Numbered from the stretch's first letter, positions 27,700 through 41,224 are shown. The stretch: 64,000 bases of DNA from Octopus vulgaris (GCA_951406725.2 OX597820.1:32860001-32924000); one strand, 5' to 3'. Translations and numbers: made by a program. The notes: generated by a model not told the origin, from the letters alone.

Positions 27700-27800
27700 T
27701 ATGAGACCAAAGGGGAAAGGAAGGTGGAAATACAACACAGCCTTGTCTCACACCAACTTCAACAACAAAACACTCAACAATTTCCTCATTAACATCTACT
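27700..27800 (-). pseudogene. LINE reverse-transcriptase fragment
   Basis: Minus strand reads [18 protein letters not shown] (the GVRQG motif). Confidence 0.5.
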
Positions 27801-28520
27801 GAGTAATTAAGATGTTTTCCGTATGGCCTGTATCATGTTTATTAATATTTCAAGGATTCTGTCCGTTTACCATTTCGACATAACACTTCTTTTGTTTACA
27901 CTACCAAAAACATAAAATTTTCCGGAAGTAGATAAAATTAATGGCTGCCATTGATTTGTTATTCGATGGTGGCTTTGAATTATGCGTCGTACGACAAAAA
28001 AATGACATCAATTCATGATCTCTTTTTCACGAAATCTAGGTCGTTGATCTATGAAAAATTATGTCAATTATACCCTCATCCTGTTTAAACATGTTAACGC
28101 AGAATCTGATCTCGAAAAGCAATGGCGAGAGATTTATCAACAGTTTGAATAATTGCTAAAATATAATAACTAACATCATATTTCTTTGGTAGATTCGTTT
28201 TGTAATGACCTTTTCTTTTTATCTTTTAACAATTTTCTATTTTACTTGTTTTTACTTGTTTCAGTCGTCGGATTGCGGTTATGCTGTAGCACCGCCATGA
28301 AGGGTTCTAAGTGAACAAACCGATCTTGGTACTTATTTTTGTTTAAAGTCTAGTACCTCTTCTATTGGTATCTCTTTTGCGAAACCGTTAAGTTACAGGG
28401 AAATAAATCACAGATAGTCAATCGTTGGTGGTGGTGGTGGTGTCGGTGGGACAAGCACAGCACAAACATACACACTCACATACATACATTCATACATACA
28501 TTCATTCATACATACATACA

Positions 28521-28556
<36 letters not shown>

Positions 28557-28728
28557 TATATATGCATGTATATACATACATACATACACACATACACACA
28601 TATTTACATACCTACATACATATATGCATACATACATACATACATACATACATACATACATACATGCATACATACATACATACATACATACATACATACA
28701 TACATTGCTGCCCAATATGAAGAGTATT

Positions 28729-29183
28729 GGCGAGCTGGCAGAATCTATTTCTTTACTACCCACAAGGGGCTAAACACAGAGGGGGACAAACAAGGACAGA
28801 CACACGGATTAAGTCGATTATATCGACCCCAGTGCGTAACTGGTACTTATTTAATCGACCCCGAAAGGATGAAAGGCAAAGTCGACCTCGGCGGAATTTG
28901 AACTCAGAACGTAGCGGCAGACGAAATACGGCTACGCATTTCGCCCGGAGTGCTAACGGAGCTGGCAGAATCGTTAGCACGCCGGGCGAAATGCTTAGCA
29001 GTATTTCATCTAGCGTTACGTTCTGAGTTCAAATTCCGCCGAGGTCGACTTTGCCTTTCATCCTTTCTGGGTCGATTAAATAAGTATCAGTTATGCACTG
29101 GCGTCGATGTAATCGATTGAAACCCTTGTCTGTCCTTGTTTGTTCCCTCTACGTTTAGCCCCCTGTGGGCAATAAAGAAATAA
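28729..29183. mobile_element. SINE B (+) interrupted by an antisense SINE B (28746-28958)
   Basis: GAGCTGGCAGAATC is duplicated at 28732-28745 and 28959-28972. Confidence 0.85.
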
Positions 29184-29677
29184 ATATGAAGTATATCATT
29201 GCATGTGGTCAATGCCAAGAGCCTGAATCCAGTTGCAACTGACGCGACTTAGTATCTTATCCACTTGACCAACGATGTATGACTAAATATATCCATCTAT
29301 CATATATAAGGCAGAAGTTACTGCAACCCTAAATAATAATGCAACTGACCAGAGGACCTATATTGGATTATGTGAAGGGGGATTTTAAAATCGCTGTACC
29401 AGTCACATAGCCTTCTTCTGACATAGGGACAAAAGCTATTAAGCTACTAAGTCGGTTAGCTACGTATGGACTTTGAAAGATAACGAAACACCGAATGTGA
29501 TTAAATGGAAAGTGAGAAATCCATACCATATGTGAATGGATCAAATAAATGTAGACTTTGTTTGGCTGAAAGAGCACAAATCCTGTTCAGATCTAAGATC
29601 CCTAACTTCTCTATTGAACTCCAGGTCAGAAATGTTCAGTGGTTGCATGCATATGTATAAATATGTTTTTAAGAATC

Positions 29678-29839
29678 GCATACCGAAAATGTTTAACACT
29701 TCATAAACTCTATATATACTCAACAAATGCAGCAGTTATTCTATGCAGGAGTCCATAATTTGCATACCGAAAATGTTTAACCGCTCTATAAACTCTATAT
29801 ATACTCAACAAATACAGCAGTTATTCTATGCAGGAGTCC
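29678..29839 (+). repeat. Tandem duplication of ~83 bp
   Basis: GCATACCGAAAATGTTTAAC...TTCTATGCAGGAGTCC occurs twice. Confidence 0.85.
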
Positions 29840-30716
29840 CTTTTACCTTTTTATTTTTTACATTGTAGTTTCTGTTTTTCGTTTCCTGTTGTTTACTGTC
29901 TGCATTTTCTATATGCTGCCCTTTCAGTTTTTTCGCGTTTCTTCTATTATTCAATTTTTTCAGTTCGATATGATATGTGGTTTGCGCCTGAAGAATATAT
30001 TTGAGTTTTCTCAACATATGAAACTATTAGTAGCGCTTTAATACATGTATTATGATCTTTAAATAAATAATATTTATCTCTCACCAGATGGCGTACTTTT
30101 TTTTGTTGAATGTTTCTATCACGTATCAGTACATTATATATATGCACGTACACGACAACCTTCCATGCAGTGTCGGTTTACCATATTCCCTCACATGGCA
30201 CTGGGTGACCTGGGTCATGGGGCTGCAGTAGAAGACTCTTTGTCCAGAAACACACGCGCAGAAACATATGTATACATGCATACACACCTACTCACACACG
30301 CACTCACACACACAAACACGCACTCATATGCTCACACATCCGCGCGCGTGCACTGTCCGACACTTCGCCACAACGGTAATGGTATTGTGAACACGGTCAG
30401 AGTGACGACAGGGCGATATGAACCTGGGACACCAGGACACTGGCGCTGAGATATCTCAATCACAATAAGATATACGAGATCGCGACGATAACAATGAGAT
30501 TAACAACGAAATATGAGATACCTAAAACTGGAAACGTTGCGCAACGAAACGAAATCGTGATTTTCATGAAATACTTTCGTGATCTATTTGAAAGGAAATC
30601 AGATCTGCGAGCACAAAGACACACACGCACACACACATACACAAAACCCACATACGAACCACCCACATACACTCACACACACTAGCACACATACAAGCAC
30701 TCCCACACGAACACAA

Positions 30717-30787
<71 letters not shown>

Positions 30788-31206
30788 TATACCTGTACAT
30801 AAATAAGTATATATATATATATATATATATATACATACGGACGTGTATATATATATATAAATTAAATGGGTGGCTGTACTTAATGACTGACAAAGGAAGG
30901 TAAGCCCCCACCGTACATAGTCGGATCGAGCGATTTTGGGTTTTGATACACACACACACACAGACACACATGTATATATATATATTTATATATGAGAAGT
31001 ATTGGTATCCAGAAGACCCAAGCTGGCAGGTAAGGCTATGTAAGTGCTATGGTGCTATGGAAGGACCATAGTTAAACACTTGGTTCGATAATAATATACG
31101 TGAGAAGTCTAATGCGGGTCATGTATGAGCATGTATATGTTAAATTAAATGAGACAACAAAGCCAAGGCTGTGTGAAATTTATAGGACATTTATAAAGAG
31201 AAAGTT

Positions 31207-31256
31207 CGTCTTACAGCTGTTTCTGGGATGTTAGGGATATCTCTTCATCAGAGACG
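31207..31256 (-). ncRNA. Minimal type I hammerhead ribozyme motif with canonical core
   Basis: CGTCT-CTGATGA-A-GAGAT..ATCCC-A-GAAA-CAGCTG-TA-AGACG: 5-bp stem I, palindromic ACAGCTGT stem III, GUA site. Confidence 0.75.
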
Positions 31257-31487
31257 ATAGAAGGAAAGCATCCTATGTATATTTTTGTTTTTTATTTTTT
31301 ATTTTTTATCGTTTATTTTTACTTTTATTCTCTTACTTCCCTTTATACTTCTTATTTCTATCTTTTTCCATGATAACTCCTTGTACTGAAATCTACTATT
31401 TCCCTCTATGTAACCACCTCACATCTCCAATATCCCAGAAACAACTCTACGACTAACTTTATAAATTTCAGTATCAGTTCCTTCAAG

Positions 31488-31979
31488 TAAAAACTATTTG
31501 CCAGCATAAAGTAGCTGTCCTGGATGGGAAGATTGTTACTGTTGTTTGCCCTAGGAAACATCGCTTCCAGCTGGCTATACGACACAATGTCTGTGTTTTT
31601 ATATCTTCGAACTGGGAGTCCAGCATCCCCATCCAGCCCAAAGTATCATCTGTGGACCGGTTTCTGTGTTGTTGTGCTTTATCAGCACAGAGTAGCTGCT
31701 TGGTTAAGTGGCGTTGCTGAATTCCCCTTCGAAAACATATAATTTTTGAAAGTGACACACAATTCCTGATCTCATAAATGCTGATAATGAGCAATAACCC
31801 CAAAACCGGTCCACAGATGCTGCTTTGTGCTGTATGGGGGTACTAGACTCTAAGTTCGAAAATATGAGGACACAGATGTTGTGTCGTATAGCCAGCTGGA
31901 AATAAAGATTCCTGGAGCTAAACAACAGTAACAGTCGTCCCATCCAGGACAGCCACGTTATGTTGGCAAATAGTCTTTA
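31488..31979. repeat. Fold-back repeat (~200-bp diverged arms)
   Basis: TTCCAGCTGGCTATACGACACAA / TTGTGTCGTATAGCCAGCTGGAA and further colinear complementary blocks. Confidence 0.85.
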
Positions 31980-32007
31980 TGTATATGTGTGTGAGTGTGT
32001 GTGTGTA

Positions 32008-32213
32008 TTCTTTTATTCTTTTACTTCTTTTAGTCATTTGATTGCGGCCATGCTGGAACATCGCCTTTAGTCGAGCAAATCGCACCCAGGACTTATTCTT
32101 TGTAAGCCTAGTACTTATTCTGTCGATCTCTTTTGCCGAACCGCTAAGTTACGGTCGTCAAGCAGTGTTGGAGGAACAAACACTGACACACCAACATATG
32201 CACACACATATGT

Positions 32214-32277
<64 letters not shown>

Positions 32278-32436
32278 CGGGCTTCTTTCAGTTTCCGTCT
32301 ACCAAATCTACTCACATGTCTTTTGTCGGCCCGAGGCTATAGTATAAGATACTTACCCAAAGTGTCATGCTATGGGACTGAACCCAGAACCATGCTGTTG
32401 GTAAGCAAGCTACTTACCGTGCACCCACTCCTGCGC
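32008..32436 (-). mobile_element. SINE family A
   Basis: Reverse complement of the A sequence. Confidence 0.85.
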
Positions 32437-32478
<42 letters not shown>

Positions 32479-32663
32479 TACAGGCACACACACATATATA
32501 CATAATGTATGTATATATGTATACATATATTTGAATGTATGCATACATGTATGAGCAAGCCGAAACTTCGAAGTCACTGGCAACCTTTTCCTTGTAACAG
32601 TTTAATAAGCATGTTCTCTACTTAAAGAGCATTTAGTAAGCCTTCAATAAAGTACAAAGCAGG

Positions 32664-32813
32664 ATTTACATTATTTACATTCGACGGATATTTGTCCTCA
32701 TCTTGTTTGTTGTTAGCACAACGTTTCGGCTGATATACCCTTCAGCCTTCTTCAGGTGTCTTGGGGAAATTTCGACGCTGGGTTCTCATTCCTATGGTAC
32801 TTTTCGATGTTGA

Positions 32814-32891
<78 letters not shown>

Positions 32892-32907
32892 TATTGTTAT
32901 TATTATT

Positions 32908-32942
<35 letters not shown>

Positions 32943-33051
32943 TATTATTATTATTATTGGTGTTGTTGTTGTTGTTTAGGTCACTGCTTGGAATCTAACT
33001 CGGAATCTTTGGGTTAGTAGCCCTCGCTCTTAACCACAACGCTATCTGCCC
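32664..33051 (-). mobile_element. tRNA-headed short element with a hammerhead motif in its 3' part
   Basis: Head GGGCAGATAGCGTTGTGGTTAAGAGC..GGG CTACTAA CCC..GAGTTAGATTCC, then (AAC/GAT/AAT)n, then the hammerhead at 32760-32715, ending in TGTAAATAA repeats. Confidence 0.7.
32715..32760 (-). ncRNA. Minimal type I hammerhead ribozyme motif with canonical core
   Basis: GACAC-CTGAAGA-A-GGCTGA AGGGTATA TCAGCC-GAAA-CG-TT-GTGCT: 6-bp stem II and palindromic AACGTT stem III. Confidence 0.75.
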
Positions 33052-33261
33052 GTGGGCTTGTAAATAATGTAAATAATGTAAATGATGTACATAATTCCTC
33101 ATCTCTTAAATATAGAACTGTATAAAGCACGATTTGTTCGTTTGAAACCCTTTCAAGGCGAATGCCCCAGTATGGCCGCAGTCTAATGACTGATAAAAGT
33201 AAAAGAATATGGCACACATTTTGTTCAATGCCTGGCCATACTATTTCAATTCTTACTCCTT

Positions 33262-33362
<101 letters not shown>

Positions 33363-33754
33363 CCTATCTATTTATCTATCTATGTCTCTCTCCTACATTT
33401 TTTAGCCACAATCCCACGTATCTGAAGTCATTAACATAATTCAAGATAATTTATTAACCTAATTAACAGTAATTAACATAACCCAAATTATATCTAATCA
33501 TTCAGTATAAATAATCGTTTACACAAACTATGTAGAAATATCGTTAAGGTTGTGCGTATATCTTTTGTCTTATACTTGCTCCTATCATTGGGCTGCGGCC
33601 ATGTTTAGGTACCGTCTCGAAAGGATTTTGTCTCACAAACCAATCCCAGTACAAACAAATTTCTTTTAACTCTGGTACTTGTTCTATCTGCTGCTGCTTT
33701 TTACCGAATTGCAAAATTACCGGTTGTCAAGAGGTAAGGTAGGGACACATTCAG

Positions 33755-34022
33755 TGAAGAAGCTTTTGGATCTAGGTTAGAAACCGGCTCTTTCTCTATT
33801 GGCAAGAAACTTTGAAATAAAACTGAATAATGACATACATACATACATACATACATACATACATACATACATACATACATACATACATACATACATACAT
33901 ACATACATGCAAAAATACCCTGTTGTTGATGTTGAAATTCCAATGAAGGAACCTTGGATCAAAGTTAAAAACCAGCAATTTCTCTATTGGCAAGAAATCT
34001 TGAAATAAAACTGAATAATGAC
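33755..34022 (+). repeat. Two tandem copies of a short repeat end, each followed by (ATAC)n
   Basis: TTGGATC..GTT.AAACC...CTCTATTGGCAAGAAA..TTGAAATAAAACTGAATAATGAC ends at ~33833 and ~34022. Confidence 0.75.
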
Positions 34023-34244
34023 ATACATACATGCATGCATACATACATAAATACATACATGCATACATACATACATACGTACATACGTACATACAAACAT
34101 GCATGCATACATACATACATACATACATACATACATACATACATACATACATACATACATACATACATACATACATACATACATACATACATACATACAT
34201 ACATACATACATACATACATACATACATACATACATACATACAT

Positions 34245-34620
34245 GGTGACTGTACCGTCTTCACAGATGATTCCCATCCCTCTCTCTCTTTGTCGTTGTC
34301 AATGGCATTTATGACTTGCCGTTCATGACGTCTCAGATAACTATTCAGTCCCGTTGCAGATCTGCGTGGTTTGAAGCATAGGTGACCGACAAAAATTGTA
34401 ACTTCCACTGGATTGATCGGATCACTTTGTGAGATATGATCTCTCTGGACTATTATGTGTTCTCTTTTGACCCGAAGCCAACTTGCAAACCTTTTGGAAG
34501 AGCGCTGCATGCTGTTCATCTATTACAGAACATCAAATGATTGACAAACCCAGCCTTAGAAAGGAGCACTCAGCCACATGCTTCACACCTTCAACTCTTT
34601 ATGTTCCCATCGAGATTCTC
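34245..34620 (-). mobile_element. RTE-like LINE 3' end with decayed C2H2-like knuckles
   Basis: Minus strand reads CEACG*VLLSKAGFVNHL and HLCFKPRRSATGLNSYLRRHER; runs directly into (ATGT)n. Confidence 0.55.
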
Positions 34621-34937
34621 ATACATACATGCATACATACATACATACATACATGCATACATACATACATACATACATACATACATACATACATACATAC
34701 ACGCATACACACATACATACATACATACATACATACATACATACATACATACATACACACGCATACACACATACATACACACATACATACATACATACAT
34801 ACATACACGCATACACACATACATACATACACGCATACACACATACATACATACATACATAAATAGATACATGCATACATACATACATACATACATACAT
34901 ACATACATACATACATACATACATACATACATACATA

Positions 34938-35400
34938 CCGTAAATCCTCGGGTATAGTCCGCCCTTGAGTATAATACGCAGGGGATTTTTAGGGGGCTGT
35001 ACCTCTGAAAAACCTAAACCTTGTGTATAATACGCACCCCTTCTCTAACTTGAGTCGTGCGTAATTAAGCCAGCAGCACCTAGTCGAACAAACACTTCCA
35101 TGCATGCGTAATACAATAATGGTGATGTTCTTAACTGTTATATGGGAATGTAAATATGTTTGCAAATTGTTTTGTTACGTGTTATTCTGTGTTCTGAATA
35201 CTTTTATTTTAATAAATGTTGCTTACTGCAAGTTATGGGTGATTCGTTTATGACTTCATTGCTGTCAGGCTTAGCTTAAGGTATTTTCGTGCCCGACATT
35301 TCAAGATGCGTCTGAATAAACATTGCCGGACAGCAAGACTCGGACATTGCTTAAAAAATATTTTTCATTTTTAACCTTGTATATACTCGAGGATTTACGG
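34938..35400. mobile_element. pogo/Tc2-type MITE
   Basis: TIRs CCGTAAATCCTCGGGTATA / TATACTCGAGGATTTACGG with TA duplication. Confidence 0.85.
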
Positions 35401-35618
35401 TACATACATACATACATATATACATACATACATACTGGATAGCACTCACCCGTCGATTTTGACGCAGAAGAATCCAACCGCTCAGTCAAATACCTAATGT
35501 TTTCACTCTTGTAGTCCTCAAGATTTTTTTTTTATCCAGCGTACCTTGTTGTCATGTCGGCAGTAGCCGTACTCGTTGTAAAGAATATATTGCAAATCAG
35601 TTGAATAGCATAAAGCAA

Positions 35619-35787
35619 AAGAAGAAGAAGAAGAAGAAGAAGAAGAAGAAGAAGAAGAAGAAGAAGAAGAAGAAGAAGAAGAAGAAGAAGAAGAAGAAGA
35701 AGAAGAAGAAGAAGAAGAAGAAGAAGAAGAAGAAGAAGAAGAAGAAGAAGAAGAAGAAGAAGAAGAAGAAGAAGAAGAAGAAGAAGA
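35619..35787 (+). repeat. Uninterrupted (AAG)n tract
   Basis: Direct reading, ~170 bp. Confidence 0.95.
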
Positions 35788-36039
35788 AAACAATTTATTT
35801 TCTTAATCAGACTTGGACGGAATATACATTTCCACTGATAAATTTCATCGTTGGAAAACAACTTCTTTTAGACCAGGACTCGGCAAAGTGATCATTATTG
35901 ACCTCTGTGGATCAAAGTAACTAACCAAGGGGTTAGTAAACACCCGAAAAAATTATGAGCCTTTAAAGGTTTTGAATCATTAGCGTCTGGAAGATTTAGG
36001 GCTAAAACTCAATAATGCAATAACTCGTATTCACAAAAT

Positions 36040-36437
36040 AGGGAGTGGCTGTGTGGTAAGTAGCTTGCTTACGAACCACATGGTTCCAGGTTTAGTCCCA
36101 CTGCGTGGCACATTGGGCAAGTGTCTTCTACTATAGCCTCGAGCCGACCAAAGCCTTGTGAGTGGATTTGGTAGACGGAAACTGAAAAAAGCCCGTCGTA
36201 TATATGTATGTATAAATATGTATGTATATATGTTTGTGTGTCTGTGTTTGTTCCACCACCCCAACATCGCTTGACAACTGATGCTGGTGTGTTTACGTCC
36301 CCGTGACATTAGCGGTTCGGCAAGAGAGACCGATAGAATAAGAACTAAGCTTATAAAGAATAAGCCCTGGGGTCGATTTGCTCGACTAAAGGCAGTGCTC
36401 CAGCATGGCCGCAGTCACATGACTGAAACAAAAGAGT
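36040..36437 (+). mobile_element. SINE family A
   Basis: Full A sequence. Confidence 0.9.
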
Positions 36438-36927
36438 ATATTAAGCTTCAAAATAGCGAGCAGGCAGAATTGTTACATCCTCGTCAAAAAATATCCATGT
36501 TCCGACATTATACGTCCCGAGTTCAAATAAGCTGAGGTCAACTCACCCCTTCAAAAATTCGTGGTCTTGTGCCTCTCTTAGAAACAATTATTAATTTTGA
36601 TGCTCATTAGTGTCTGTTACTTTCACATTTTTCTCTATGCTCTATGTTGATATAAGTAATTCGCGCACTGATGAAATGAATTTTTCCCCCTCATCTCTTT
36701 ATCGTCTCTCACCGTCGAATATTGCGTATCTACGCTCGGCTGTTACAGTGCATTACAATTGCACTTATAAACGGCAACAAACACGGATTTCGTTGCAGTA
36801 ATGAAGTTAAGGATATCACGTGAATATATAGTGAACATCTGACTGAAAAAAAATCATAATCACGATATGTCCGGGTATAATATAATATCGCATGTGCTTT
36901 GATTTTATCTTTAAGTGACCCTTTGTA

Positions 36928-36964
<37 letters not shown>

Positions 36965-37124
36965 TGCGCGCGCATACATATATATGTGTATGTATGTATA
37001 TACTAGTGTGCGTGTGTGTGTATATATATGTATATACATATATACATACACATATTTATATACATACATACATACAAATATATATATATATATATATACA
37101 TGTATGTATGTATATATATGTATA

Positions 37125-37170
<46 letters not shown>

Positions 37171-37391
37171 ATATACACACACAGACATATATATATACGT
37201 CTGGTTAGATAAGTAAATAGATGAACAGATCGACATACATTCATGAAGTTAGATAGATAGATAGATACATACATACATACATACATACATACATACATAC
37301 ATACATACATAGACATACACACAGACAGGCAGACTGACTGACAGAGACAGACGGACAGACAGGTAGAGACAGACAGACAAACAGGCAGAAC

Positions 37392-37528
<137 letters not shown>

Positions 37529-38071
37529 TATGGATCAATACACTTGTATATAATACATGTACAGCATCAGAAGTACATACGCATATACATTAACAGACAA
37601 GCAGGCACATAGACATACAGTGGGGGTCACACATACGTATACACATAAACACACACACGGACACACTGACCCACATATATGCATATACACGCATGCAAAC
37701 ATTCTTAAGTATATACATATATATACAAACATACATACATACATGCATACGAACAAACATACATACGTACATACATAGATACATACATACAAACATACTT
37801 CCGTACATACATACATACATACATATATACATACATACATGCATGCATGCATACATACATACGTACATACATACAAACATACATACATGCTTACGTGCAT
37901 ACATACATACATACATACATGCATACATACATGCATACATACATACATACATACATACATACATACATACATACATACATACATACATACATGCATACAT
38001 ACAAACATACATACATACATTCTTACGCACGTACATACATACATACATACATACATGCATGCATACATACA

Positions 38072-38107
<36 letters not shown>

Positions 38108-38675
38108 CATATATGTATACTTACATACATACATACATACATACATATATTCTTACGCACGTACAAACATACATTCTTACATACATACATACATACACAC
38201 ATACATACACACATACATACATGCTTGCATACATACATACATACATACATGCATGCATACATACATACATACATACATACATACATACATACATACATAC
38301 ATACATACATACATACATACATACATACATACATACATACCGACACACATGCATACATACGAGAGCCAGACAGACAGAGTTAGTAATTTCAACATTTCGT
38401 GTTTATGAAGAACAATTTCTTCGGTCGCGGTTTAACAGAAGATTAAGGACAGCTAAAAGTATAAACAGAATTATATTTGGCACAGCACCAATATGGTCGC
38501 AGACAGAATGGTATTGATAAACCGACAGAAGATGGAAGAATAGGGGAATTGTACGCTGAGAAAACCCATTCTGGAGCATATCGATGTAGCCGGTAACATT
38601 TCATGTTTGTATATCACCTATGTGTGCGTGCGTATGTGTGTATGTGTGTGTATGTGTGTATGTGTGTGCATGTGT

Positions 38676-38713
<38 letters not shown>

Positions 38714-38801
38714 ACATTATATACACATACATAACACATACACAAGCATGTATTTACATTTATAGACATATGAAAATATATGCACTTTAAATGGCGGTGT
38801 T

Positions 38802-38835
<34 letters not shown>

Positions 38836-38964
38836 AGAGAGAGAGAGTGATGGATAGATAGATAGAGAGAGAGAGAGAGATGCGTGAGAGAGACATCTAA
38901 ACTTTTACAAAAATGCATACATATACACACACATATACATTCATATGTAAATATACATATATGA

Positions 38965-39015
<51 letters not shown>

Positions 39016-39091
39016 TACATTTATACATATATGTATGTATATACATATACGAGTGTATATATGTATGTGTATATATATATATGTATATATG

Positions 39092-39145
<54 letters not shown>

Positions 39146-39516
39146 CATACACGCATACGTATGTACGTATGTACATGTATATATACATGCATATGTATAA
39201 ATATATCTATGTATATATGTGTGTATGTATGTATGTATGTACGTATGTTTGTTTGTATGTGCGTAATGTATGTATATATGTATGCATGCATGCATGCATG
39301 TATGTATGCACGTACGAACGTATATATGCCGTTAGTAGTTTTAAATGAACAACAGTTGACATATGCAGAAAAATAGAGTCTAAATCTTTTATTAGATAGC
39401 AAATTAAGTTAATTGGGACCTCGAAGTTCTGCAGGCAACTACAATGCGTGCAAGCATGTGAATGCGTGCGTATGAGTATAACATGGGAATATACACGTTT
39501 ATCTTACGCATATATA

Positions 39517-39681
39517 GGCGGAGGAGTGGCTGTGTGGTAAGTAGGTTACTTACCAACCACATGGTGCCGGGTTCAAACCCACTGCGTGGCACCTTGAGCA
39601 AGTGTCTTCTACTATAGCCTCGGGCCGACCAAAGCCTTGTGAGTGGATTTGGCAGACGGAAACTGAAAGAAGCCCGTCGTT

Positions 39682-39756
<75 letters not shown>

Positions 39757-40207
39757 CTGTGTTTGTCCCCCCAACATCACTTGACAACCGATGCTGGTGT
39801 GTTTACGCCCCCGTCACCTAGCGGTTCGGCAAGACAGAACGATAGAATACATAGTAGGCGGTGAGTTAGCAGAATCGATAACATGTTGGGCGAAATGCTT
39901 ATCGGTATTTCGTCTGCTGTTACGTTCTGAGTTCAAATTCTACTGAGGTCGACTTTATCTTTCATCCTTTTGGGATCGATAAATTAAATACCAGTTATGC
40001 ACTGGGGTCGATGTAATCGACTTAATCCCTTTGTCTGTCCTTGTTTGTCCCCTCTATGTTTAACCCCTCCTGGGCAATAAAGAAATAAGAATAAGTACTA
40101 GGCTTACAAGGAATAAGTCCTGGGGTCGATTTGCTCGACCAAAGGCGGTGCTCCAGCATGGCCGCAGTCAAATGACTGAAACAAATAAAAAGATAAAAGT
40201 AAAAGAA
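39517..40207 (+). mobile_element. SINE A with nested SINE B (39857-40089)
   Basis: A sequence breaks at GATAGAATA and resumes AGAATAAGTACTAGG after the B tail. Confidence 0.85.
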
Positions 40208-40715
40208 TACATACACATCCCCGCAGACATGTACATAAATACACGTGCGCAAGAACACACGTACATGCATATTCACACAAACACACAGGCACACACACAG
40301 ACACATACACACACATCTTTTGTTGTTTATATTTAACTTGTTTCAATTATTAGACTGCTGCAATGCTCGGTTACCACCTTGAAGAATTTTTAGTCGACTC
40401 TGGGACATTTTATTTTTAGGCCTGGTATTTATTCCATCGGCTTCTTAAGCCGAACGGCTAAGTTACGTAAATGAACCAACGCCGGTTGTCAAGTTATGGT
40501 GGGGGAACAAACACAGACAACACATAGGCACGACTTGTTTTTCTTTCAGTTTCCGTCTACTAAATCCACTCACAAACTTTTAGTCGGTCACAAGTAAAAG
40601 TAAAAGACACTTACTTGCCCAAGGTACCACGCAATGAGACTGAACTCCGAACAACGTGGTTGGGAAGCAAAAAAACTTACCATTCAGTTATGCCTTCCCT
40701 TATATATACATATAC

Positions 40716-40798
<83 letters not shown>

Positions 40799-40813
40799 CA
40801 TATATGTATATAT

Positions 40814-40854
<41 letters not shown>

Positions 40855-40881
40855 ATATATATATATGTATATATATATATA

Positions 40882-40967
<86 letters not shown>

Positions 40968-40972
40968 TATAT

Positions 40973-41224
40973 AATAAATGCGCCCTCTTAAAGCCTAGCC
41001 AGGCTCATAGGCCCGGTTACCCGATTTCTATGGCATATGTGTTCCCCAGCTGGACGGGACGCCAGTTCATCGCAGCGTTGCTCATTTTTGCCAGCTGAGT
41101 GGACTGGAGCAATGTGAAATGAAGTGTTTTGCTCAAGAACACAACGCGTCGCCAAGTCCAGGAATCGAAACCACAATCTTACGATCGTGCTGCTGACACC
41201 CCAACCACTAAGCCACGCGCCTCC
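40973..41224 (-). mobile_element. SINE head/body D with tail 3
   Basis: GGAGGCGCGTGGCTTAGTGGTT head, D body, tail shared with 18258. Confidence 0.85.
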
